Source: a bacterium (lineage in GTDB: Bacteria > JADJOY01). From it: a stretch of 64,000 bases of DNA. This document shows, one piece after another, positions 55,969 to 64,000 of the stretch (positions within the stretch are counted from its first letter, which is position 1; every line of letters begins with the position of its first letter). Under the pieces are notes generated by a model that worked only from the letters and a program-made list of their open reading frames with translations, was not told the origin of the DNA and did no database searches. The stretch is from positions 1-64,000 of the forward strand of contig JAXLQJ010000009.1 of the NCBI GenBank assembly GCA_046331705.1. The letters run 5' to 3'. A program made the position numbers and the translations under genes.

Positions 55969-58900
55969 GCCGGCGCCTCGCCGTGCGCGCCGGGCTCGCT
56001 GGTCGCCGTCGCGCGCGGAACTGCTCGCGATAGCGCGTGTACGCGCCGTCGCGCGGACAGTGCTCGTCGTGGGTGCCGTCCTCCACGATCCATCTCGGCC
56101 AGCACCAGGATGCGGTCGGCGTGCTCGATGGTCGAGAGACGATGGGCGATCACGAACGCGGTGCGGTCGCGCACGCTCGTTGAGCGCCTGGACTTCCTTC
56201 TCGGAAGCGCCGCCGAGGGCGCTGGTGGCCTCGCTCAGGGCAGGATCGGCGGATTCTTGAGGATCGCCCGCGCGATCGAGATGCGCTGGCGCTGCCCACC
56301 GGAGAGCCGCACCCCTTGCTCGCCGATCACCGTGTCGTAGCCGAGGGGCAACGCGCGGATGAATCCATCGGCGTGCGCCGCGGTCGCTGCTGCCTCGATC
56401 TCGGCGAACGTCGCATCCGGGCGACCGAAGGCGATGTTGGCGCGCACCGTGTCGTTGAAGAGGAACGTCTGCTGATCGACCAGGCCGATCTTGTCGCGCA
56501 GGCTCGCGAGCGTGACGTCGCGCACGTCGTGACCGTCGATCGTGAGCGCGCCCTCCTGCACGTCGTAGAAGCGCGCCACCAGGTTCACGATCGTGCTCTT
56601 CCCCGAGCCGCTGGCACCGACCAGCGCCACCACCGCGCCCGGCCTCACGGTCAGATCGAAGCGCTCGAGCACCGGCTGGCGCTCGTACGCGAACGTGACG
56701 CGTTCGAAGCGCACCTCGCCGCGGATGTCACCGAGGGGGCTCGCGCCGGGCTTCTCGGGCACCGTCGACTCGGTGTCCATCACCTCGAAGATGCGATCCG
56801 CCGCCGCCAGGCCCTCCTGCACCGCGTTGTTGATCTTGCTCAGGTTCTTGACCGGTCGGTACACGTTGAGGAGCGCGAACAGGAACGCCACGAACTGACC
56901 GGGCGTCTGCCCGCCGTCGATGACCTGCGTGCCGCCGAAGAGCAGGACGCCGGCGATGCCGAGCGAGCCCAGGAACTCCATGAGCGGCGAGCTCAGCGCC
57001 TGGACGCGGATGATGCGCTTGAGCAGGTGGAAGATCCGCTCGTTCTCGGCGTCGAAGCGCTGGCGCATCGCGCGTTCGAGCCGAAACGCCTTCACCACCC
57101 GGATGCCCACCGCGGTCTCGTGCAGCGAGCTGGCGAGATCGCCCATCGTGACCTGCGCCTTGCGGCTGGCGCGGCGCACCTTCCGGCCGAAGGTGACGAT
57201 TGGCGCGATGGCCACCGGAAAGACCAGCACGCCGATCAGCGAAAGCTGCCAGTTCATCCAGAACGCCATCGCGGTGAGCGCGACCAGGGTGCCCACGTCC
57301 ATCACCGACGTCACCACGCTGCGCACCGCCGCGCGCTCCACCAGCTCGACGTCGTAGGTGACCCGCGCCAGCAGCGTGCCGGTGGGGTTGTCGTGGAAGA
57401 ACCGAAGCGGCAGCTCGACGAGCTTGTGGAAGAGGTCCGCGCGCAGATCGGAGATCGCCCGCCGCCCCAGCGTCTGCATCAGGAACGACTGGCCGTAATC
57501 GCCGAGGCCCTTGAGGAAGAACACCAGCACCACCGCGCCCGCGACCGGCCACAGGATCTGCTTGTCCTTGAGGATGAAGACCTTGTCCAGGATCGTGCGC
57601 AAGAGCGGCGCTTGAATCGCGGTCATGCCGGCGACCAGCAACATGCAGGCGATCGCGATGCCGAGCTTGCCCACGTGGGGACGAAAGTACGGCAGCAGCC
57701 GCGCCACCAGCCGCCCGGTCGAGGTGCGCCTGGGTGGCCGCGCCGGGCGCGGTGGCGCGGCGACCTCGAGGGCGGCAGCGGCAGCGCGGGCGCTCGCTCC
57801 CGGCGCGCCGAGCGCCCGATCCACCGCCGCCAGATTCGCCCGCGTGTCGGCAGCGTGTTGCGCGTCGTCGAGGAAGCGTGCCACCTCGCTGGCGATGCGC
57901 TCGGGCGTCGCCGCGTCCTGCAGCAGCTCGGGGACGATCGCGCGACCCGCGACGATGTTGGGCATCCCGAAATGAGCGACGCCGCGCACCAGCGCGCGCG
58001 CCAGCCAGTACGTGAACTGCGTGACGCGGTAGACGATCACCATGGGCAGATGGGCGCGCGCCGCGTCGAGCGTCGCCGTGCCGCTGGTGACGATCCCGAC
58101 GTCCGCGGCGTCGAGGATCTCGCGCAGCATGTTGCGCCGCACCATCACCTGCACGCTCGCGCTCGCCAGCATCGACGCCACGTCCTCGTCGCCGAGGGTG
58201 GATGCGAGCGGCAACGCGAAGCGCAACCCGGGCCGCTGGGCGGCGAGCTGCTCGGCGGCGGCGAGCATGCACGGCAGCAAGCGCCCGACCTCGCCGCGCC
58301 TGCTGCCGGGCAAGAGTGCGATCAAGCGCTCGCCCGGCCCCAGCCCGAGCGCCGCACGGGTTTCCTCGGGCGTGGTGCGCGCCGGCGGCTGGTCCGCCAG
58401 CGGATGGCCGACGAAGCGCACGTCCACGCCGTGACGCCGGTAGAAATCCTCCTCGAACGGGAAGATGACCAGCATGCGCCGCACCAGCCGCGCGATGAGC
58501 CGGACACGACTGCGTCGCCACGCCCAGAGCTGCGGGCTCACGTAGTAGACGATGGGGACGCCGACGCGCTGGAGGAAACGGGCGAGCAAGAGATTGAAGT
58601 CGGGAAAATCCACCAGCACCGCGAGCTCCGGCCGCTCGCGGCGCGCGTAGGCGACCAACGTCCAGAATCCACGCAGGATCGCGCCGAGATGGGCCAGCAC
58701 CTCGAACACCCCGACCACGGCGACTTCCTCGGCGCGCACCAGCACCTCGACGCCTTCGGCGCGCATCCGCGGACCACCGAGCCCCACGAAGCGCAGCGAC
58801 GGATCGAGCCTGCGGGCCTCCCGGACCCAATGCGCCGCGTGCTGATCGCCCGAGGCCTCGCCGGCGACGATCAGGACGCGCCGCAGCGGCGCGGCCGCCT

Positions 58901-58976
58901 GGGCGGCCTCGCCACCGCGCGATGCGCGCGCGAGCGTGTCCACGTCCATCGCTGCCATCGGCGCCGAGTTCGTCAC
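55965..58976 (-). CDS. lpxB-msbA: Fused lipid-A-disaccharide synthase (LpxB) and lipid A flippase ABC transporter (MsbA); the extreme C-terminus is frameshifted near 56240
   Basis: One frame carries AGEASGD, DFPDFN, YYVSPQLWAWR, FVGHP, LLPGSRRGE, SGTATL and PELLQ (LpxB), then an ABC TM domain, GASGSGKST and LSGGQRQR (MsbA). EATSAL and VIAHRLSTI continue in shifted frames to the TGA at 55965. Confidence 0.85.
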
Positions 58977-59015
58977 GTGAGCGGTTCTCCGAGCGAAGCG
59001 CGAGCGCGCGGCCGC

Positions 59016-60001
59016 TCAGGTCGCGGTGATGCCCAAGCTCGGAGCCACGCGGCCGCGGTGCTCCGCCATCGACTCGAGGATTCGATCCGCGAGCGCCATC
59101 GCGCGCCGCCCGTCGCCACCGGTCACGACCGGATCACGCCGATCGCGGACGCAGTCGAGGAAGCTCTCGATCTCGGTCGCGAGCGCGTCGCCGTCGACGA
59201 TGTCCGCGAGCACCGGCTGGATGCTCGCGCCGGCGGGACCCAGGGGCGCCGGCTCGCGCCGGAATCCGGACGCGGACTTCTTGTCCAAGTCGAGCGACCA
59301 ATAGCCCGAGGGCTGGAAGAGCCGGATCTTGCGGGTGCGGTCCACGCTCACGCGGCTGGCCGTGACGTTCGCGACGCATCCTCCCTCGAACTCGATGCGC
59401 GCGTTGGCGATGTCCACGTTGCTCGTGAGCACCGCCACCCCGACCGCGTGAACGAAACGGACCGGCTCGGCGACCCAGTGCAGCAGCAGATCGAGGTCGT
59501 GGATCATGAGATCGAGCACCACGTCGACGTCGTTCGCGCGCTGCGTGTAGGGCCCCATGCGCTGCACTTCCGCGAACAGCGGCCGCTCGATGCACCCCTC
59601 CACCGCGCGCACCACCGGGTTGAAGCGCTCGAGGTGCCCGACCTGCAGCACGCGGCCGTGCTCCGCGCCACGGCGATGATCTCGTCGGCCTCGGCGAGCG
59701 TCGCCGCGAGCGGCTTCTCGACCAGCACGTCGATGCCCGCGCGCAGCAGCGGGACCGCCACCTCGCGATGCGCGGTGGTCGGCACCGCGACGCTCGCGGC
59801 GCGCACGCGGCCCAGGAGCTCCCGTACGTCGGCGAGGATCTCGGCCGGCTGATCGCCCAGCGCCGCGCGCGCGCGCTCGCGAGCGCGGTCCACCACCGCG
59901 ACCAATCGCGCTCCGGGAAGGCCGCGGTACTTCGCGACGTGACGGCTGCCGTAATAGCCGGTGCCGACGACCGCGACGGGGATGGGCTCGCGTTCCGTCA
60001 C
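59016..60001 (-). CDS. Gfo/Idh/MocA oxidoreductase, GnnA-like (UDP-GlcNAc 3-dehydrogenase candidate); 1-nt frameshift near 59663
   Basis: VAVVGTGYYG, VAVPT and LVEKPLA in one frame; QVGHLERFNP, DLMIHDLD and TASRVS in the next. GTGA overlap with the lpxA stop; lies between lpxA and lpxB. Confidence 0.85.
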
Positions 60002-60771
60002 ACGTGGATTCCGCGCTCGGATTCGCGGATGAACCGCAGCAGGTGCTGGACGTCCTCGGTCGGCTCGACGTTCGCCTCCACCTCCTGCATCGCCTTCGAC
60101 AGCCGATGGCCGGAGCGGAACAGGATCCGGTAGGCCGCCTTGAGGCTGCGGATGCGCTCGTCGGAGAACCCGCGGCGACGCAGGCCGAGGCTGTTGATGC
60201 CGTGCAGCTGGACGTCGCGGTTGCCGGAGCAATGAACGAAGGGCACCACGTCCTTGCTCGCCATGGTGCCGCCGCCGAGCATCGCCGAGGTGCCGATGCG
60301 AGCGAACTGGTGCACCGCGCTCAACCCACCCAGGATGGCGTGGCTCTCGATCTCGACGTGCCCGGCGAGCTGGACGCCGTTGGCGAGGATGACGCGATCG
60401 CCGAGCACGCAGTCGTGAGCCACGTGGGCGTAGGCCATCACCAGGCATTGGGCGCCGATTCGGGTGAGCCCGCCGCCCGTGGCGGTGCCGCGGTGGATCG
60501 TCACGGATTCGCGCAGGATGGTGCCGTCGCCGATCTCCACCCGGGTCGGCTCGCCCGCGTACTTGAGATCCTGCGGCGGTGCTCCGACGCTCGCGAACTG
60601 GAAGACCTGCACCTTGGCGCCGAGCTTGGTGTGCCCGTCGACGACCGCGTGCGGACCGAGGATGGCTCCCGCGCCGATCTCGACGTCCGGGCCGATGACG
60701 GTGTAGGGCCCCACCGACACGTCCGGCGCGAGCTTGGCTTGGGGCGCGATGATCGCGGTCGGATGGATCAT
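59998..60771 (-). CDS. lpxA: UDP-N-acetylglucosamine acyltransferase
   Basis: IHPTAII, PQDLKY, TIHRGT, HVAHDC, LAGHV, VHQF and GINSLGLRRRGF. Confidence 0.97.
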   Translation of the reverse strand: MIHPTAIIAPQAKLAPDVSVGPYTVIGPDVEIGAGAILGPHAVVDGHTKLGAKVQVFQFASVGAPPQDLKYAGEPTRVEIGDGTILRESVTIHRGTATGGGLTRIGAQCLVMAYAHVAHDCVLGDRVILANGVQLAGHVEIESHAILGGLSAVHQFARIGTSAMLGGGTMASKDVVPFVHCSGNRDVQLHGINSLGLRRRGFSDERIRSLKAAYRILFRSGHRLSKAMQEVEANVEPTEDVQHLLRFIRESERGIHV

Positions 60772-61286
60772 GGACGCTCTCCGCGGGCGCGCGCGCCGGC
60801 TTCGTCGGGCAACCGCGAGAACGCCGCGCTGATCACGGCATCGCAGACGAGCTGGCCGTCGACCGTGGCGCGGCAGTCGAACCGCCAGAAGATCAGCCCT
60901 GGCGAGCGACGTCCCTTCGGATTGGCGAGCTCGTAACGTAGCGTGTCGCCCGGCACCACCGGGCGGCGGAAGCGCGCCTCGTCGATACCGGTGAGGCTCG
61001 GCAGCCAACCGTCGCCCTCGGGCGGAGACTGGTGCATGACCCACACCCCGGCGAGCTGCGCCATGCCCTCGACGATCAGGACCCCTGGCATCAGCGGACG
61101 CCCGGGAAAATGGCCCGGGAAGAACGGCTCGTTCACGGTCACGTTCTTCAGGCCGACCGCCCGCTCGCCATCGATGGCGAGCACGCGGTCCAGCAGCAGC
61201 ATCGGGTAGCGATGGGCGATGAGGCGCATGATGTCGGTCGCGCCCAGCACCGCCTGCTCCCCGGTTCGCACCATCGATTCGGTCAT
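60768..61286 (-). CDS. fabZ: 3-hydroxyacyl-ACP dehydratase
   Basis: HRYPMLLLDRV, KNVTVNEPFFPGHFP, MPGVLIVEGMAQ and FRRPVVPGD. Confidence 0.96.
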   Translation of the reverse strand: MTESMVRTGEQAVLGATDIMRLIAHRYPMLLLDRVLAIDGERAVGLKNVTVNEPFFPGHFPGRPLMPGVLIVEGMAQLAGVWVMHQSPPEGDGWLPSLTGIDEARFRRPVVPGDTLRYELANPKGRRSPGLIFWRFDCRATVDGQLVCDAVISAAFSRLPDEAGARARGERP

Positions 61287-61320
61287 CGATCTCCCCTGCC
61301 CCGCGCCTCGTGGCGAGCGA

Positions 61321-62358
61321 TCATTCGCCCGCGCGCTCGGCGAGCGCCGCGGCGAGCCGAGCGACCTCGCGCTCGAGCGCGCGCACCCGGCTCCTCAGCT
61401 CGGGCAACGAGACCTCCGCCGCCTTGATGCGGAGGAAATCGCGGTGCGGCACCGGCGGTCGCCCCGTCACCTCCGCCCCCGCCGGGACGTCTCCGGGTAC
61501 TCCCGACTGGGCACCGATGCGCGCTCGATCGCCGATCTGGATGTGCCCGACCACGCCCACCTGTCCGCCAAGCTGGACCCACGCCCCCACCTGTGTGGAG
61601 CCGGCGATGCCCACCTGCGCCGCGAACGCGGCGTGTGGCCCCACGACGACGTTGTGCGCGATCTGAATCAGGTTGTCGAGCTTGGCGCCGCGCTGGATAC
61701 GGGTTTCGCCCAGGGTCGCGCGGTCGATGGTGGTGTTGGCGCCGACCTCGACGTCGTCCTCGAGCACCACCGTGCCCACCTGCGGGATCTTCACCCACCC
61801 GTCGCGCGTGGGCGCGAAGCCGAAGCCGTCGCCGCCGATCACGCAACCCGGCTGCAGCACCACGCGGTTGCCGACCGTCACGCCCTCGCGAACCACCACG
61901 CCGGGGTGGATCAGCGCGTTCTCGCCCACGGTGCAGTCGTCGCCGAGGTGGACGCCCGCGCTCACCACGGTGCCGGCGCCGATGCGCGTCCGCTCACCGA
62001 TGGTCGCGCCCGGCCCGATCGACGCCGACGCGTGGATCCACGCGGAACCCGCGACCACCGCCGTGGCGTGCACGCCCGGCGCCGGGCGCGGGCGCGGATG
62101 GAAGAGCTCGAGCGCCTTGGCGAGGGCCAGGTAGACGTTCGGCGTCACCAGCACGTTGCCACCGATGTCGGCGAGATCGGGAGTCACGAGCAGCGCCGTC
62201 GCGCCGCAGCCACGAGCGGCGGCGCGGTAGCGGGGGTGGGCGACGAACGAGAGCGCGCCGGCACCGGCCGTCTGCAACGGCGCGATCCGCTCGACGGTCA
62301 CGTCGCCAGCGCCGCGAAGCTCGACGCCCAGCGCGTTTGCCAACTCAGCGAGACGCAT
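61321..62358 (-). CDS. lpxD: UDP-3-O-acylglucosamine N-acyltransferase
   Basis: Hexapeptide repeats, GGDGFGF, KIPQVG, NTTIDRA and KLDNLIQIAHN. Confidence 0.97.
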   Translation of the reverse strand: MRLAELANALGVELRGAGDVTVERIAPLQTAGAGALSFVAHPRYRAAARGCGATALLVTPDLADIGGNVLVTPNVYLALAKALELFHPRPRPAPGVHATAVVAGSAWIHASASIGPGATIGERTRIGAGTVVSAGVHLGDDCTVGENALIHPGVVVREGVTVGNRVVLQPGCVIGGDGFGFAPTRDGWVKIPQVGTVVLEDDVEVGANTTIDRATLGETRIQRGAKLDNLIQIAHNVVVGPHAAFAAQVGIAGSTQVGAWVQLGGQVGVVGHIQIGDRARIGAQSGVPGDVPAGAEVTGRPPVPHRDFLRIKAAEVSLPELRSRVRALEREVARLAAALAERAGE

Positions 62359-62462
62359 GCTCGTGGCCCCCCGACGTCGCGAAGCGGCGCGACGGCGACG
62401 GCTTCGCGGCGCTGCCGAAGCGACGCCCGCCGCGGGCTCGCCTCCGCTGCGCCGCGCTCACC

Positions 62463-63038
62463 TCACGGCTTGGAACCCTTGCCCTCGCCTGCGCTCGCCT
62501 TGGGCATACCCTCGGCGTCGAAGCGCTGGATCAGCTTGTCGGTCAGGTCGAAGGCGCCGTCCGAGTAGAGCAGGTTGTGGGACTCGAAGACCAGGGAATA
62601 ACCGTCGTCCTTGGCCACTTTCTGCACGATGTCGGCGAGGGCCTTGAGGATTCGCTGGGTGGCCTCGCCTTCCTTGCGCTTGAGCTCGTCGAGCACGTCG
62701 CTGCGGTAGCGGACCGCTTCCTTCTTCTTGTTCTCGATCTCGCGCTGCTTGTCCGCGAGCGCGTCGTCCTTGAGGGTGAGGCGCTGCTTCTCGACCTCTT
62801 CCTGGATCTTCTGCAGCTCCTTGGACATCTGATCGAGCTGCGTCTGCGCCTTGTTGACCTCGGCCTCGAGCCGGGCCTTGGTGTCCTTGCCTTCCTTCGA
62901 CGTCGTCAGCGCCCGCTGCAGGTCCACGACGCCGATCTTGAGCCGCCCGGCGTCCTGCGCGGCTGCGGGTTGGACCAGCACCAGCGGGGCGGCGGCGAGC
63001 AGCCACCCCACGACGAACGCTCTGACCGTGCGCACCAT
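62463..63038 (-). CDS. skp: Periplasmic chaperone Skp/OmpH (191 aa)
   Basis: Signal peptide, KIGVVDLQRAL, coiled coil and GYSLVF...DLTD; sits between bamA and lpxD. Confidence 0.93.
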   Translation of the reverse strand: MVRTVRAFVVGWLLAAAPLVLVQPAAAQDAGRLKIGVVDLQRALTTSKEGKDTKARLEAEVNKAQTQLDQMSKELQKIQEEVEKQRLTLKDDALADKQREIENKKKEAVRYRSDVLDELKRKEGEATQRILKALADIVQKVAKDDGYSLVFESHNLLYSDGAFDLTDKLIQRFDAEGMPKASAGEGKGSKP

Positions 63039-63121
63039 GATCGTCTCGTCCTTTCTCTCGACCGCGACGAACGCGCGGCCCATCGGAATCTCGTGCAATC
63101 GCGCGGCGTCGCTCCCGGGGC

Positions 63122-64000
63122 TCAGAGCGGAGCGCCGACGCTGAACTGGAGCGAGCTCGCGTCGTCGCCGATGCGGCGGCGCAGAGGATAGCCAATTTCC
63201 AGTCGTAGCGGCCCGAGCGGCGAGAGCCACCGGAAGCCGAAGCCCACCGAGGTGCGCAGCTTGTCGAGGTCGAAACCCAGACCCTCGGGATAAGCCTCGC
63301 CGGCGTCGAAGAAGGTGACGCCCTTGAGGCCGAAGCTCGGCACGATGGGAAAGATGAACTCGGTGTTGAAGATGAGCTGCTTGTTGCCGCCGATCTCGTC
63401 GCCGGTGATGGGATCCTTGGGTCCGAGGGAGCGCACGTCGAAGCCGCGCACCGAGTTGATGCCGCCCACGAAGTAGCGTTCGAAGAGCGGCAGATCCTGA
63501 CCGGACTCGAGCGACTCGCCGAAGCTGATCCGGCCGCGCACCGAGAACACGGTCCCCCACACCACCGGCACGTACCAGGCGGTGCGCGCCTCCAGCTTGT
63601 AGAAATCGCTGGTGCCGCCCAGGAACACACCGGCGAGCTCGGCGCTCAGCACGTTGTCCGAGCCGCGCGTGGGATCGAAGCGGTTGTTGAGGGTGTTGCG
63701 GCGGATGGCGCCGGTGATGCTCGAGATCTCGTCGGTGCCCTCTTGGCTGCGCAAGATCGAGGATGCGCTCGACGAGACGTCGGTGATCTCCACGTGCTCG
63801 AAGCCGTAGGTGAGGCTTCCGTCGATGAACTCGATCAACGGGTAGCCGAGGGTCGCGCTGCCGCCCAGGCGCTTGCGGGTGAAGTCGTTGAACTCGCGCT
63901 GATCGTTGAAGACCGAGAGTCCCGCGGAGATCCGCGTGTCGAGCACGTAGGGCTCGGTGAACTCGAGGTCCACCAGCTGCCGGCGCGAACCCAGGTCCGC
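63122..64000 (-). CDS. bamA: Outer membrane protein assembly factor BamA, C-terminal part (5' end lies beyond the window)
   Basis: FTEPY, ERYFVGGINSVRGF, GGNK, FFDAG and GFGFRWLSPLGPLR; canonical position upstream of skp-lpxD. Confidence 0.95.
   Translation of the reverse strand, partial: ADLGSRRQLVDLEFTEPYVLDTRISAGLSVFNDQREFNDFTRKRLGGSATLGYPLIEFIDGSLTYGFEHVEITDVSSSASSILRSQEGTDEISSITGAIRRNTLNNRFDPTRGSDNVLSAELAGVFLGGTSDFYKLEARTAWYVPVVWGTVFSVRGRISFGESLESGQDLPLFERYFVGGINSVRGFDVRSLGPKDPITGDEIGGNKQLIFNTEFIFPIVPSFGLKGVTFFDAGEAYPEGLGFDLDKLRTSVGFGFRWLSPLGPLRLEIGYPLRRRIGDDASSLQFSVGAPL

Noticed and set aside
59640-59680. Possible programmed frameshift in the GnnA-like gene
   Set aside because: No slippery heptamer is present. 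One missing G in a short G-run (CGG[G]AG) restores the frame, which is typical of long-read error.
56316-59852. 1178-aa ORF on the + strand, and similar long ORFs at 8998-11835 (+), 46775-49087 (+), 5633-7945 (-), 30865-33018 (+) and 38483-41386 (+)
   Set aside because: Antisense or off-frame shadows of clearly identified genes. They are Arg/Ala/Gly-rich, carry no motifs, and are expected from stop-codon scarcity at this GC content.
1-64000. tRNA, rRNA, riboswitch (including cobalamin), IS, integrase, prophage or defence systems
   Set aside because: None recognised by eye. Intergenic gaps are short and mostly explained by promoters; an Infernal/Rfam and tRNAscan run would be needed to exclude small RNAs formally.

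Overview
Very GC-rich, gene-dense bacterial chromosomal DNA from a diderm. The gene content resembles Myxococcota/'Deltaproteobacteria'-like lineages; this is inference. I found about 49 genes and no rRNA, tRNA, CRISPR array or mobile element. 1-17 kb is a cell-envelope glycosylation island: three YfhO-like and one related GT-C-fold membrane protein, an SGNH hydrolase, a 2OG-Fe(II) oxygenase and membrane/beta-propeller proteins. 17-33.6 kb is mixed: a His-rich SEC-C protein, a radical SAM/SPASM-twitch enzyme, aroC, nagB, ndk, GT2, an M6-like protease, a head-to-head pair of paralogous left-handed beta-helix proteins, a TPR protein, gltX and amrB. 33.7-41.3 kb holds three cobalamin-dependent radical SAM genes around a second copy of the membrane/beta-propeller family, plus a divergent extended SDR. 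41-52.7 kb is ilvE-holA-holB, then DUF2723-mutL-miaA-Omp85, then ompA. 52.8-64 kb is the bamA-skp-lpxD-fabZ-lpxA-gnnA-like-lpxB::msbA-DUF374-waaA-lpxK lipid A operon, with an apparent in-frame LpxB-MsbA fusion and a patch of frameshifts that most likely reflects sequencing error. The best candidates for something undescribed are (i) a split surface-glycan/lipid tailoring system linking GT-C, beta-propeller and B12-radical SAM genes, (ii) the LpxB-MsbA fusion and (iii) the divergent His-motif LbH paralog pair. All calls come from motif recognition by eye; no database search was run.
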